A DNA stretch of 64,000 bases from positions 10,152 to 74,151 of the IMG/VR virus record IMGVR_UViG_3300028384_000657; one strand, given 5' to 3'. Below the pieces are notes generated by a model, which was not told the origin of the DNA, made no database searches, and saw only the letters and a program-made list of their open reading frames with translations. Positions 47,899 through 57,994 of this stretch are shown piece after piece. The stretch is from a virus. A program made the translations under genes and the position numbers. How positions within the stretch are numbered: the first letter of the stretch is position 1; every line of letters begins with the position of its first letter.

Positions 47899-48978
47899 AT
47901 GGCTAGTTCAACTCTGTCACGCTCTGGCGTGTCTAACTGGGAATCCTTTTGCGATTGGGTTACCAGCACTAACAACCGTCTGTATGTCGGTTGGTTCGGC
48001 GTTCTGATGATTCCTACGTTGCTTGCAGCAACCATCTGTTTCATCATCGCCTTCGTCGGTGCTCCTCCTGTGGACATTGACGGTATCCGCGAACCCGTTG
48101 CTGGTTCGCTCATGTATGGTAACAACATCATCTCAGGTGCAGTTGTTCCTTCTTCTAATGCTATTGGTCTTCACTTCTATCCCATCTGGGAAGCAGCAAC
48201 CCTCGATGAGTGGTTGTATAATGGTGGTCCTTTCCAACTCGTAGTTTTCCACTTCCTGATTGGCATCTATGCTTATATGGGTCGTGAGTGGGAACTCTCT
48301 TACCGTCTTGGTATGCGTCCCTGGATCTGTGTTGCATACTCTGCTCCAGTCGCTGCAGCATCTGCTGTATTCCTCGTCTATCCTTTCGGTCAAGGTTCTT
48401 TCTCTGACGCGATGCCTCTTGGTATCTCTGGTACATTCAACTACATGCTTGTTTTCCAAGCAGAGCACAACATTCTGATGCACCCCTTCCATATGCTCGG
48501 CGTTGCTGGCGTATTTGGCGGTTCTCTGTTCAGTGCAATGCACGGTTCTCTGGTTACTTCTTCGCTGGTTCGTGAAACCACCGAAACTGAGTCCCAGAAC
48601 TATGGTTACAAGTTCGGTCAGGAAGAAGAGACCTATAACATCGTCGCTGCTCATGGTTACTTCGGTCGCCTGATCTTCCAATACGCTTCCTTCAACAACT
48701 CCCGTTCGCTGCACTTCTTCTTGGCAGCATGGCCTGTTGTAGGTATCTGGTTCACTGCTCTTGGTGTTAGCACCATGGCATTCAACCTGAACGGTTTCAA
48801 CTTCAACCAATCCATCCTTGATGGTTCTGGTAAGGTTCTGCCTACTTGGGCAGACGTTCTGAACCGTGCTGGACTTGGTATGGAAGTCATGCACGAGCGC
48901 AACGCTCACAACTTCCCTCTGGATCTTGCTGCTGCAGAATCCACCCCCGTCGCTCTGACTGCACCCGCTATCGGTTGA
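47899..48978 (+). CDS. psbA: Photosystem II D1
   Basis: NRLYVGWFG...HNFPLDLA; uninterrupted. Confidence 0.99.
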   Translation: MASSTLSRSGVSNWESFCDWVTSTNNRLYVGWFGVLMIPTLLAATICFIIAFVGAPPVDIDGIREPVAGSLMYGNNIISGAVVPSSNAIGLHFYPIWEAATLDEWLYNGGPFQLVVFHFLIGIYAYMGREWELSYRLGMRPWICVAYSAPVAAASAVFLVYPFGQGSFSDAMPLGISGTFNYMLVFQAEHNILMHPFHMLGVAGVFGGSLFSAMHGSLVTSSLVRETTETESQNYGYKFGQEEETYNIVAAHGYFGRLIFQYASFNNSRSLHFFLAAWPVVGIWFTALGVSTMAFNLNGFNFNQSILDGSGKVLPTWADVLNRAGLGMEVMHERNAHNFPLDLAAAESTPVALTAPAIG

Positions 48979-48999
48979 TAGTCTAACGACATACACTCT

Positions 49000-49022
49000 A
49001 AGGACCCTACGGGGTCCTTTTT
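49000..49022 (+). terminator. Intrinsic terminator
   Basis: AAGGACCC/GGGTCCTT plus T-run. Confidence 0.85.
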
Positions 49023-49043
49023 ATTTCCTTGCTATGTAAAGTT

Positions 49044-49274
49044 ATGTCTCACGATCTACTAGAACTACTTACCTACTATGTAATCGTCGCTGTTGTATTT
49101 GTTGGTGCTCCTGGAGTCTTCTTCTTCATTGTCTTCATGCCTGCTCTTCAGAATACAAAAGGTCGTATGGTGGGTTACAAAGATCACAAGACCTACGGTG
49201 ATTCGTCCATCTACGAGAATACACCTAGTGATACCTCAAAATTCTTCTTACAAGTTAGCGGAAATAATTCGTGA
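49044..49274 (+). CDS. Small membrane protein
   Basis: TM segment followed by MPALQNTKGR. Confidence 0.6.
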   Translation: MSHDLLELLTYYVIVAVVFVGAPGVFFFIVFMPALQNTKGRMVGYKDHKTYGDSSIYENTPSDTSKFFLQVSGNNS

Positions 49275-49312
49275 TACTTGGCCTCAATTGTACTATCTAA
49301 AAGGAATGAAAA

Positions 49313-50368
49313 ATGGTCGCTTCAACACTAAGTCCCCCACGGAGGGGGTGGTTCGATGTCCTCGATGACTGGCTTAAACGAGATCGTTTCGTTTTTGTTG
49401 GTTGGTCTGGACTTCTTCTTTTTCCCACTGCTTATCTTGCTATTGGCGGTTGGCTTACTGGGACTGCTTTCGTCACGAGTTGGTATACTCATGGGTTGGC
49501 AAGTTCCTATCTGGAGGGTGCAAACTTTCTTACTGCGGCAGTTTCTACTCCAGCAGACGCTATGGGTCATTCTCTTCTGCTTCTCTGGGGTCCTGAGGCT
49601 CAAGGGGATTTCGTCAGGTGGTGTCAACTTGGAGGACTCTGGAATTTTGTGGCGCTCCACGGGGCTTTCGCTCTAATTGGTTTCATGCTTCGCCAGTTTG
49701 AACTGGCACGTCTCATCGGTATCCGTCCGTACAATGCAATCGCTTTTTCTGGTCCTATTGCTGTCTTCGTTAGTGTCTTTCTCATCTACCCTCTGGGTCA
49801 ATCGAGTTGGTTTTTCGCTCCATCTTTCGGGGTCTCAGCAATCTTTCGATTCCTTCTCTTCCTACAAGGATTTCACAACTGGACTCTGAATCCATTTCAT
49901 ATGATGGGTGTCGCAGGTATCTTGGGTGGAGCATTGCTTTCTGCCATTCATGGTGTTACAGTAGAAAATACTTTGTATGAAGATGGTGAGCAGGCAAATA
50001 CTTTTAAGGCATTCGATTCTACTCAGGAAGAAGAGACTTATTCAATGGTTACGGCTAACAGATTCTGGTCACAGATCTTTGGCATTGCTTTCAGCAACAA
50101 ACGCTGGCTTCATTTCTTTATGCTATTCGTTCCAGTTATGGGACTTTGGACATCATCGATTGGCATCATTGGTCTGGCTCTTAATCTTCGTGCTTACGAC
50201 TTTGTTTCTCAGGAGATCAGAGCGGCAGAAGATCCTGAGTTTGAAACTTTCTATACTAAAAACATCCTTCTCAATGAAGGACTGAGAGCATGGTTAGCAC
50301 CAGTCGATCAACCTCATGAGAACTTCGTGTTCCCTGAGGAAGTACTTCCCCGAGGTAACGCACTGTGA
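49313..50368 (+). CDS. psbD: Photosystem II D2
   Basis: [14 protein letters not shown]...[10 protein letters not shown]. Confidence 0.99.
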   Translation: MVASTLSPPRRGWFDVLDDWLKRDRFVFVGWSGLLLFPTAYLAIGGWLTGTAFVTSWYTHGLASSYLEGANFLTAAVSTPADAMGHSLLLLWGPEAQGDFVRWCQLGGLWNFVALHGAFALIGFMLRQFELARLIGIRPYNAIAFSGPIAVFVSVFLIYPLGQSSWFFAPSFGVSAIFRFLLFLQGFHNWTLNPFHMMGVAGILGGALLSAIHGVTVENTLYEDGEQANTFKAFDSTQEEETYSMVTANRFWSQIFGIAFSNKRWLHFFMLFVPVMGLWTSSIGIIGLALNLRAYDFVSQEIRAAEDPEFETFYTKNILLNEGLRAWLAPVDQPHENFVFPEEVLPRGNAL

Positions 50369-50500
50369 ACCCATTCTTTGTTGTCAGCACCTGAACCTGG
50401 TGAAGAAGTGATGTATGTTGATGTATCTGAAATGAATAGTCAACAATTCAATGATACTAAGCAATCATTAGAAGATCTTTACAGACAAGATGATGATTGA
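50365..50500 (+). pseudogene. Deleted or frameshifted DUF2973-like gene
   Basis: GTG-NPFFVV stops at 50394; APEPGEEVMYVD...DDD* continues in another frame. Confidence 0.5.
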
Positions 50501-50506
50501 TATAAT

Positions 50507-50530
50507 AGGGGTCTTCGGACCCTTTTTTTT
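50507..50530 (+). terminator. Intrinsic terminator (UUCG loop)
   Basis: GGGGTC-TTCG-GACCCT plus T-run. Confidence 0.9.
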
Positions 50531-50544
50531 ATCTAAATAATATT

Positions 50545-50778
50545 ATGAAACTGCCTAAAATTCCAAATGATAACTTGACTCCCGAACTTAGGGAGGTAGT
50601 TGGTGATGGCGATTTGGAATTTGAATCGATTGTAGACCCGATGGATATTATGGACATTCAGATTGATCCTGATTCTTATTATGAAGATCGTCTACATGCA
50701 GCGAAGTTACTCGTAGAATCTAGGAATAATTTAAATGAGATACAAAGACACCATAAAGGGAGCAAAAAAGATCCTTAA
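50545..50778 (+). CDS. Hypothetical protein
   Basis: ORF after TAAATA. Confidence 0.55.
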   Translation: MKLPKIPNDNLTPELREVVGDGDLEFESIVDPMDIMDIQIDPDSYYEDRLHAAKLLVESRNNLNEIQRHHKGSKKDP

Positions 50779-50967
50779 AATAGCAAAGCAACGTCCTGAA
50801 TACTATACAAAAGACGAATTACTATATGTACGTCTGATTAAAAAGCAAGCACAGAGAGCATTAGAATATAAACAGTCTAAACTTGACGGTAATCAGTAAT
50901 CATTCGGTAACATTTATAAGTGTTAATGCTTATAAATATTCCTCGTAACGTTACTAAATTGTAACAC

Positions 50968-51050
50968 TTGCCTTCTCTCCAAGGTTGTGTTATAATCGTT
51001 CCAACGCAGACGTGTCGAGTCTGCTTTCATCTGCGGGTAATCACTCCGCA
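50968..51050 (+). promoter_or_regulatory. sigma70 promoter and two-hairpin 5' UTR
   Basis: TTGCCT-17 bp-TATAAT; GCAGAC/GTCTGC and TGCGG/CCGCA hairpins. Confidence 0.6.
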
Positions 51051-51077
51051 AGTAAAAACAAAACGAGGTATTTTCAA

Positions 51078-51449
51078 ATGATTAAAACTGCTTTCGCAGC
51101 TGCTGCTGCTCTCTCCATGTCCGCTGGCGCTGCTGTTGCAGGTCCGTACGTCAACGTGGAAACCAATGCAGGTTGGACGGGATCGGATTACACTGGTGCC
51201 GCGACAGATTTCCATGTAGGCTACGAAGGTCCTCTGGGTGATACTGCTTCCTACTATGTTCAAGGTGGCGGTACTCTGGTGACTCCTGACAGTGGCACTG
51301 ACGATTTCGTTCCTTCTGGTAAGGCAGGTGTCGGTGTTGCTCTGAGCGATGCCCTGGGCGCATATGGTGAAGTCTCCTTCGTCGGTTCTGGCGATGAGGA
51401 CATCGACCGCGGCTATGGTGCTAAACTGGGTCTGAAGTATTCCTTCTGA
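51078..51449 (+). CDS. Small outer-membrane beta-barrel protein
   Basis: Signal peptide ...AVA-GPY; C-terminal KYSF; resembles 17904-18278. Confidence 0.7.
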   Translation: MIKTAFAAAAALSMSAGAAVAGPYVNVETNAGWTGSDYTGAATDFHVGYEGPLGDTASYYVQGGGTLVTPDSGTDDFVPSGKAGVGVALSDALGAYGEVSFVGSGDEDIDRGYGAKLGLKYSF

Positions 51450-51472
51450 TTCCTGTCTATATAAGATAAATT

Positions 51473-51497
51473 AAGGGACTCCTGGAGTCCCTTTTTT
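51473..51497 (+). terminator. Intrinsic terminator
   Basis: AAGGGACTC/GAGTCCCTT plus T-run. Confidence 0.85.
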
Positions 51498-51518
51498 ATT
51501 CTTTCGCACACATCAACT

Positions 51519-51758
51519 ATGACTAATTTTGCTGTATACACCAAACCTGGTTGTCCATACTGCACAAAAATCAAACAAGTCTTAGAGGGGAAAGGATTTT
51601 CTTATCGTGAGTATCAATTAGATAAGGACTTTGATAGAGAATCTTTTTATGGTGAGTTCGGTGAGGGTAGCACATTTCCCCAAGTTCTGCTAAACTCAGA
51701 AAAGCTCGGCGGTTGCGTCGATGCTGTTAAATACATGCGACAAAAAAATCTTATCTAA
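51519..51758 (+). CDS. nrdC: Glutaredoxin
   Basis: CPYC, TFPQV, GG. Confidence 0.92.
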   Translation: MTNFAVYTKPGCPYCTKIKQVLEGKGFSYREYQLDKDFDRESFYGEFGEGSTFPQVLLNSEKLGGCVDAVKYMRQKNLI

Positions 51759-52096
51759 TGAACGAAGAGTTTTACGACCTTATTGAACGATCAATTGATG
51801 TTGCGTTTAAGGATAACAAGTATCTGTTTAGATGCTACAACTACTTACTGACATCAAAGGCTACTCGTAAAGAAGTTCGTGAATTTATCCAGTCTCCAAC
51901 TGCGAATAATGTCAATGGATTGGTTTCTGAACTTGATGGTTATATCAAGGGTGGTAACAAACAACTTCGTGAAGCATATGGACATTTAGGAAAACCTCAT
52001 GCACGAAAGATCAAAAACTTCTTAGAAACTCTTCTAGAAGATGCATCTCGATACGAGCATGATCGCCGTCCAGGACGTAAAAAACGTTCTAAATAA
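51758..52096 (+). CDS. Conserved hypothetical protein
   Basis: LREAYGHLGKP.ARKI. Confidence 0.7.
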   Translation: MNEEFYDLIERSIDVAFKDNKYLFRCYNYLLTSKATRKEVREFIQSPTANNVNGLVSELDGYIKGGNKQLREAYGHLGKPHARKIKNFLETLLEDASRYEHDRRPGRKKRSK

Positions 52097-52161
52097 TGTC
52101 AGAGTTCACACATGGGAGGTTGGTTTCCATATTATTTTTTGAAAACATAGGGGAGGAAGCC

Positions 52162-52392
52162 ATGTTAATTGCACTAGCAGTTTTAGTTACAATCGGTGCG
52201 TTCATTCTAGGAATCACCGTTTCTTGGTTAGCAAAAGGGTATGTCGAAGATTTTATCGAGAATGCTGCTTATGCTAAATCAGTCACCCATCCAGAAATGT
52301 TTGACCAGGATGGTAATATGTTACATGATGAATTGATTTACATCAGACCTGAGACTAATCTTTGGGAACTTGATGATGATGATGATGATTAA
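52162..52392 (+). CDS. Small membrane protein
   Basis: SD ggagg; TM segment followed by HPEMFDQDGN. Confidence 0.7.
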   Translation: MLIALAVLVTIGAFILGITVSWLAKGYVEDFIENAAYAKSVTHPEMFDQDGNMLHDELIYIRPETNLWELDDDDDD

Positions 52393-52404
52393 TTAACGGA
52401 GTTT

Positions 52405-52875
52405 ATGATGCCTACACGATCTATTGAAAACAGCAACTCAAGATTGCTACTTAGTGAGATTCTTAGAAAGGTCTCTAATGCAAAAACGAAGGCAGAGAAA
52501 ATTTCTCTCCTTCAGCGGTACAATTCTATCGCTCTTCGTCAACTATTGATTTGGAACTTTGACGAGAGCGTTGTTTCTATGATTCCTGAAGGGGAAGTAC
52601 CATACACACCCAATGATGCACCAGTGGGCACAGACCACACTCGCTTGGAGCAGGAGTATAGAGGTTTCTATCGCTTCGTAAAAGGTGGTCAGGATCGTCT
52701 CCCTGCAGCAAAGAGGGAGTCAATGTTCATTCAATTGCTTGAAGGTCTTTCGGCAGAAGAAGCAGAACTTGTTTGCCTAGTCAAAGACAAAAAGTTGAAT
52801 AACAAGTATAAAAGAATTACTAAAGCAGTGATCCAAGAAGCATTTCCCTCAATCACCTGGGGAGGGCGCAGTTGA
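52405..52875 (+). CDS. Conserved T4-like hypothetical protein
   Basis: PEGEVPY, KRESMFIQLLEGL. Confidence 0.75.
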   Translation: MMPTRSIENSNSRLLLSEILRKVSNAKTKAEKISLLQRYNSIALRQLLIWNFDESVVSMIPEGEVPYTPNDAPVGTDHTRLEQEYRGFYRFVKGGQDRLPAAKRESMFIQLLEGLSAEEAELVCLVKDKKLNNKYKRITKAVIQEAFPSITWGGRS

Positions 52876-53135
52876 GTAAGGTCAGAATTTTACAGCAAGG
52901 ATGTGATCCCAGTGCTGCTGAGGACACATCTCTACCATACACTACGTACTTGGTTGAATACCTTCAAGATGGTATTACCAAGTTTGATATTGTCATTGCT
53001 TCAAAGCAAGTCGATATCTTTGATTATTATTGGGATCTGTATCGAAATGATTTCGTGACATTTAATCAAACTAATGGTAGAATTAATCCGAAGCTATGGA
53101 ATGATCCCTCAAAACCAAAAGGTAAAAAGAAATGA
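52872..53135 (+). CDS. Conserved hypothetical protein
   Basis: IFDYYWD, GRINPKLW. Confidence 0.7.
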   Translation: MSKVRILQQGCDPSAAEDTSLPYTTYLVEYLQDGITKFDIVIASKQVDIFDYYWDLYRNDFVTFNQTNGRINPKLWNDPSKPKGKKK

Positions 53136-53413
53136 CACACAGTATTTACGTCAGTAAACAAGGTCCTACACAGGAAGAACTTGAAGAGCAGCAAGCAGAA
53201 GCTGCTGCCGCTGCAAAGAAAGCAGAACAAGAGAAGAATGTGAAAGCAGTTGCCAAAGGTGTTGCTGCACTTGTCAAACCTTTGGTTCTTATGTTAGTAT
53301 GGAACTGGTTAATGCCAGGTCTCTTTGGTTTACAAACCATTGGGTATCTCAAGGCATTCGGAATGATCATTATTACAAGTATTCTCTTTAAGAATGACGA
53401 ATCAGAAAGTTGA
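53132..53413 (+). CDS. Small membrane protein
   Basis: WNWLMPGLFGL. Confidence 0.65.
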   Translation: MTHSIYVSKQGPTQEELEEQQAEAAAAAKKAEQEKNVKAVAKGVAALVKPLVLMLVWNWLMPGLFGLQTIGYLKAFGMIIITSILFKNDESES

Positions 53414-54038
53414 ATTAGTATCCGTTACCCCAGAAGCAGAGAAGACTATGGGGTATGTTGCACGAGTCAGCAACCCCTCTAACCAGGATAATCCTAAGGT
53501 TGCAGGTCTTCTCAAGTATTGCATCAAACACGGGCACTGGAGCGTCTTTGAGCAGGCGTTCATGACGCTTGAGATTCATACTACCAGGGGACTCGCAGCT
53601 CAACTGCTCCGTCATAGGAGTATGACATATCAAGAATTTTCACAACGCTATGCTGATTCTTCCCTACTCACGGAGGAGATCTCTCTACCTGAACTACGCC
53701 GTCAAGACACCAAGAATCGTCAGAATTCTATTGATGATATTGACCCGTTTGTCAGGCAAGAGTTTGAGATCAAAATGAGGCAGCACTTTGATGCTGGCAT
53801 GAAACTCTACAAAGAGATGCTCGATGCCAATATCGCAAAGGAGTGTGCTCGTTTTGTGCTTCCTCTCGCCGTGCCAACAAAGTTGTACATGACGGGATCT
53901 GTAAGGTCATGGATCCACTATATAGATCTACGATCTGGACATGGAACCCAGAAAGAACATATGGAGATTGCTAACATGTGTAAGGCAATCTTTGTAGAAC
54001 AATTTCCTATTTGTGCTGAAGCAATGGAGTGGAACTAA
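53394..54038 (+). CDS. thyX: FAD-dependent thymidylate synthase
   Basis: HWSVFE, RHRS...SQRY, TQKEH. Confidence 0.95.
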   Translation: MTNQKVELVSVTPEAEKTMGYVARVSNPSNQDNPKVAGLLKYCIKHGHWSVFEQAFMTLEIHTTRGLAAQLLRHRSMTYQEFSQRYADSSLLTEEISLPELRRQDTKNRQNSIDDIDPFVRQEFEIKMRQHFDAGMKLYKEMLDANIAKECARFVLPLAVPTKLYMTGSVRSWIHYIDLRSGHGTQKEHMEIANMCKAIFVEQFPICAEAMEWN

Positions 54039-54271
54039 TGCCAACATACAACGTAAAAAATCTCAAGACGGGAGAGAAAAAAGAATTCCGTATGACAATG
54101 AAAGAGTATTGTCAATGGAAGGAAGAGAATCCTGATTGGGATAAGGACTGGGAGGCAGCATCGCCAACAGGCACTATTTACGGCAAACCCAAACCCGACC
54201 AGGGTTTTAAAGAAGTAATGTCTAAAGTCCAAAAAGCACATCCCCGTGCAAACCTGAGTCGATACACCTAA
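54038..54271 (+). CDS. Conserved hypothetical protein
   Basis: MPTY...TGE...WKEENP. Confidence 0.65.
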   Translation: MPTYNVKNLKTGEKKEFRMTMKEYCQWKEENPDWDKDWEAASPTGTIYGKPKPDQGFKEVMSKVQKAHPRANLSRYT

Positions 54272-54274
54272 ACT

Positions 54275-55036
54275 ATGGCAAGAGCAAGAAAAAGGAACAC
54301 CACCAGTAATCCTGTCCCTCCTCACATGACTGCAAAACAAATCAAACGGAAAAAACCAATTGATAAGTCATACATGGTTCCTATTAAACCATTGACTGAG
54401 AATCAGACTGTTGCCTTTGAACAATATTCATTGGGTAAGAATCTGTTACTCCATGGTGCTGCAGGAACTGGTAAAACATTTATCACTTTGTACCTTGCTC
54501 TGCAAGAAGTACTTGACGAAAGCACACCTTATGATAAAATCTATATTGTAAGGTCTCTTGTGCCGACTCGTGAGATTGGTTTCCTTCCTGGAGACCATGA
54601 AGATAAGTCTGCACTTTATCAGATTCCATATAAGAACATGGTTAGATACATGTTCAGTATGCCTGATGATAATTCATTTGAGATGCTTTATGATAACCTC
54701 CGAGCGCAAGAGACTGTTAGTTTCTGGTCTACGTCTTTTATCCGTGGCGTCACTCTTGACAACGCTATTGTTATTGTTGATGAGTTTTCAAATCTCAACT
54801 TCCATGAACTTGATTCGATGATCACCCGTATTGGTGAAGATTCTAAGATTATGTTCTGTGGAGATATTACACAATCTGATCTAGTAAAAGAAAACGAGAA
54901 GACTGGTATTGCAGACTTCATTCGTATCCTTCAGAGTATGCAAGAGTTCTCTTGTATTGAATTTGGTATCGATGATATCGTTCGCTCTGGTTTGGTTAAG
55001 TCTTACTTGATCTCCAAATATAATTTAGGATTTTAA
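54275..55036 (+). CDS. phoH: PhoH-like ATPase
   Basis: GAAGTGKT, IGFLPG, RGVT, GDITQSD. Confidence 0.95.
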   Translation: MARARKRNTTSNPVPPHMTAKQIKRKKPIDKSYMVPIKPLTENQTVAFEQYSLGKNLLLHGAAGTGKTFITLYLALQEVLDESTPYDKIYIVRSLVPTREIGFLPGDHEDKSALYQIPYKNMVRYMFSMPDDNSFEMLYDNLRAQETVSFWSTSFIRGVTLDNAIVIVDEFSNLNFHELDSMITRIGEDSKIMFCGDITQSDLVKENEKTGIADFIRILQSMQEFSCIEFGIDDIVRSGLVKSYLISKYNLGF

Positions 55037-55719
55037 TGTTTAATTTTGTTGATGTCGCCCTTGATAATCATGTTGAGGTCGAAGCAGTTGATCGAGATGG
55101 AACTCGTTTCTACCCCATCCCTGGGGCAGATAAATATTATCCAAGTGTGACCTCTATCACATCGTTTAAGAACGCGCAATTTTTCCAGAAGTGGAGATCT
55201 AGGATTGGTGAAACAGAGGCAAATCGAATTACTGCTAGAGCAACACAGAGAGGCACTGCCTTTCACGCACTATCGGAAGATTATTTCAAAGACGAACTAA
55301 ACATCGACAAGTACTTGGAAAATAATCCATTATCTGTTAGAATGTTTCAGTCAGCAAAGTCTACGTTAAATCGGATAGACAATATTCATTGTCTAGAGAC
55401 TTTCCTTTATTCCCATTATCTTGGTTTAGCGGGTCGAGTAGACTGCATTGCTGAGTTTGATGGCGAGTTAGCGGTAATTGATTTCAAAACTTCAACTAAG
55501 GAAAAGAAGGAAGATTGGATTGAACATTACTTTGTTCAAGAAACTGCATATGCAGCAATGTTCCTCGAACGTTCAGGTTTAGAGGTAAAGAAAATTGTCA
55601 CCCTTATCGCCACTGAAGATAGCACTATTCAAGTGTTTGAGAAGTACAATCTTGATGACTATTTACAACTACTTAAGTCCTATATTGAAGAGTTCGTCTC
55701 CTACCATGCCAAAAGATAA
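55036..55719 (+). CDS. PD-(D/E)XK exonuclease
   Basis: YPSVT, RGTAFH, AGRVDC, IDFKT, Q..AY. Confidence 0.85.
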   Translation: MFNFVDVALDNHVEVEAVDRDGTRFYPIPGADKYYPSVTSITSFKNAQFFQKWRSRIGETEANRITARATQRGTAFHALSEDYFKDELNIDKYLENNPLSVRMFQSAKSTLNRIDNIHCLETFLYSHYLGLAGRVDCIAEFDGELAVIDFKTSTKEKKEDWIEHYFVQETAYAAMFLERSGLEVKKIVTLIATEDSTIQVFEKYNLDDYLQLLKSYIEEFVSYHAKR

Positions 55720-55960
55720 TCCCCTAGAGGACAAGTTCCTAACACCGACAAGGTTCTCTCAGGAGATTGAACGTATGGTGAAGACCAGCAACGGACTGAT
55801 CACATACATTGAAGCAGTAACTACATACTGCTCTGAGAATGAAATTGAAATCGAAACAGTTCCCAAACTGTTATCGAAACCACTGAAAGAACGTCTGCGC
55901 CACGAGGCAATGCGTTTGAATTATATGAAACAATCGTCTAAAGGAGTCTTACCATTGTGA
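55706..55960 (+). CDS. gp33: Late transcription co-activator
   Basis: FSQEIE, YIEA, SKPLKERL; synteny with gp59. Confidence 0.85.
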   Translation: MPKDNPLEDKFLTPTRFSQEIERMVKTSNGLITYIEAVTTYCSENEIEIETVPKLLSKPLKERLRHEAMRLNYMKQSSKGVLPL

Positions 55961-56553
55961 CTGGATTTGAAGTGTATAAGATGTATCTCGCACTCAAACA
56001 ACACTTCACCAAGCAGGATTACGATTATTTCAAATATAGAGGTAAAGTTCGCGCTAATGAAAACTCATTTGAGCAGCGGCGCGATCGTTACTTCTTCAAA
56101 AAATTAGCGACGAAGTACTCAGATGCTGAACTCTTGAGTTACTTTGTCGCTAATTTTGTAAATGACTCTAAAGGTTATCTACAATCTTTTAGTAAGGATA
56201 TCTACACCGACTGGAAGATCAATCAAGAGTCTTTTACATATAAATTTAAACAGGATGTCAATACTCTACTAGATGACTATCAAATTCCATACGATCAAGC
56301 ATTTGAAAAACTGTTTGTAGTCGAATGTGGACATCCTCCAATCATTAAACATTATTTGGGTGGCAGTATATCTTTAGAAACTTTGGTTGTATTTGAAAAG
56401 TGTCTTGGTTTTGTTTCTAACTTCGACAAGAAACTATCAGACCCTATATGGAAAGAAGTTAGAACAAAGACATTAAAATACAAACCATTTTTAAAAATTG
56501 ATTGTCAAACCTACAAGCGTGTGTTACTAGAAACTATACGAACGAAGTTATGA
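55957..56553 (+). CDS. gp59: Helicase loader
   Basis: YLALKQHF...YDYFKY, ISLETLV. Confidence 0.88.
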   Translation: MTGFEVYKMYLALKQHFTKQDYDYFKYRGKVRANENSFEQRRDRYFFKKLATKYSDAELLSYFVANFVNDSKGYLQSFSKDIYTDWKINQESFTYKFKQDVNTLLDDYQIPYDQAFEKLFVVECGHPPIIKHYLGGSISLETLVVFEKCLGFVSNFDKKLSDPIWKEVRTKTLKYKPFLKIDCQTYKRVLLETIRTKL

Positions 56554-56873
56554 GTTTTTTTCAATCAGAACAAGTACAAGATAACTTACAAGACATCTTC
56601 AACACCTATCAAAAACTATCATACATGACATCTAGACTTCCTACGATGAATAGGGATGAGAAGATGGATCATATTGAAAATTGCAAGAGTTTGATCGACA
56701 AACAGAAGACTTTTTATGGTAGACTGTGCCTTGCTGCATCCGAAGACAAGGACGCAGCAGATATGAAGACGAGGATCAACGCTCTTGCCAATGCCTTTGG
56801 ATATGAGAACCTCGCTCTCTGCATGGACGCTATGGTCAGCACTTTAGAACAAGCAGCAGAGAGAGAAGGTTGA
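56550..56873 (+). CDS. DUF1825-like protein
   Basis: FFQSEQV...LIDKQKTFY.RL. Confidence 0.7.
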   Translation: MSFFQSEQVQDNLQDIFNTYQKLSYMTSRLPTMNRDEKMDHIENCKSLIDKQKTFYGRLCLAASEDKDAADMKTRINALANAFGYENLALCMDAMVSTLEQAAEREG

Positions 56874-56949
56874 CACCCCATACATAGTATGCTACGATTA
56901 TCCAGTAGCAAACAAACAAACCTACACATTCAATACGGAGAATACGATT

Positions 56950-57906
56950 ATGTCATTCGCATCCCTCAAGAAAGCGTCTTCTGAAGGAAATACTCTTTCC
57001 AAACTGACGCGAGAGATCGAAAAACTAAACCAACCTGCTCAGGGCAGTGGTGCTGATGAGCGCCTCTGGAAACCTGAACTGGACAAGTCTGGTAATGGAT
57101 TTGCCATTATCCGATTCCTTCCCGCTCCCAATGGCGAAGATCTGCCTTGGGCAAAGATCTGGTCTCACGCTTTCAAAGGTCCTGGTGGACAGTGGTATAT
57201 TGAGAACTCTCTCACCACTCTCGGTAAGGATGATCCTGTTGGCGAGATGAACCGTGAACTTTGGAACAGCGGTCGTGACAGCGATAAGGAGATTGCTCGC
57301 GCACAAAAGCGTAAGTTGTCTTATTACTCCAACATCTATGTTGTGAGTGATCCTGCTCACCCTGAGAACGAAGGCAAAGTCTTTCTGTACAAGTTCGGAA
57401 AGAAGATCTTTGACAAACTGACTGAAGCAATGCAACCTGCATTTGCAGACGAAACTCCTATCGATCCGTTCAACTTCTGGACTGGTGCTGACTTCAAACT
57501 GAAGATTCGCAAGGTCGAAGGATACTGGAATTATGATAAGTCTGAGTTTGCCTCTGCTGGCACTCTTGGTAACTTTGAAGATGATAAACTGGAAAGCATC
57601 TGGAAGCAAGGATATTCCCTTGCAGAGTTTGAGAATGCTAAGAACTTCAAGACCTACGAGCAACTTAAAGCACGTTTGAACTTGGTTCTTGGTAAGACTG
57701 CACCTGCTGCACGTCCTATTGATGAGTCCCTTGAGGATGAATCTGAAGGTCGCGGTTCTTTCAATGCTCCTGACATCACTCCTTCTCCTAGGGAAGGATG
57801 GGGTGAAGAGGTTGCATCTTTCAGAGAGAAAGCAGTTGCTGCCTCACCTGTTTCTGATGAAGAAGATACTCTGTCTTACTTCGCTAAACTCGCTGAGGAA
57901 GACTAG
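56950..57906 (+). CDS. gp32: Single-stranded DNA-binding protein
   Basis: IRFLP, WYIENS, acidic tail LSYFAKLAEED; promoter TTGACA at 56870. Confidence 0.95.
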   Translation: MSFASLKKASSEGNTLSKLTREIEKLNQPAQGSGADERLWKPELDKSGNGFAIIRFLPAPNGEDLPWAKIWSHAFKGPGGQWYIENSLTTLGKDDPVGEMNRELWNSGRDSDKEIARAQKRKLSYYSNIYVVSDPAHPENEGKVFLYKFGKKIFDKLTEAMQPAFADETPIDPFNFWTGADFKLKIRKVEGYWNYDKSEFASAGTLGNFEDDKLESIWKQGYSLAEFENAKNFKTYEQLKARLNLVLGKTAPAARPIDESLEDESEGRGSFNAPDITPSPREGWGEEVASFREKAVAASPVSDEEDTLSYFAKLAEED

Positions 57907-57994
57907 TCATAGACGGTCATATATCTGTCACAGGGGAGTCACACATGCTCCCCTTTCTGGAGTATACTTATTACATACACACAGAGGTTACACC

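Noticed and set aside
48133-48996. 287-aa antisense ORF over psbA, and similar ones over pstS (18261-19205) and gp32 (57025-57663)
   Set aside because: Shadow ORFs arising from codon bias of strongly conserved sense genes; no motifs or expression signals.
55036-55719. Cas4-like nuclease as evidence of CRISPR
   Set aside because: Core T4-like cyanophage exonuclease in its usual phoH-gp33 context; no Fe-S Cys cluster and no array.
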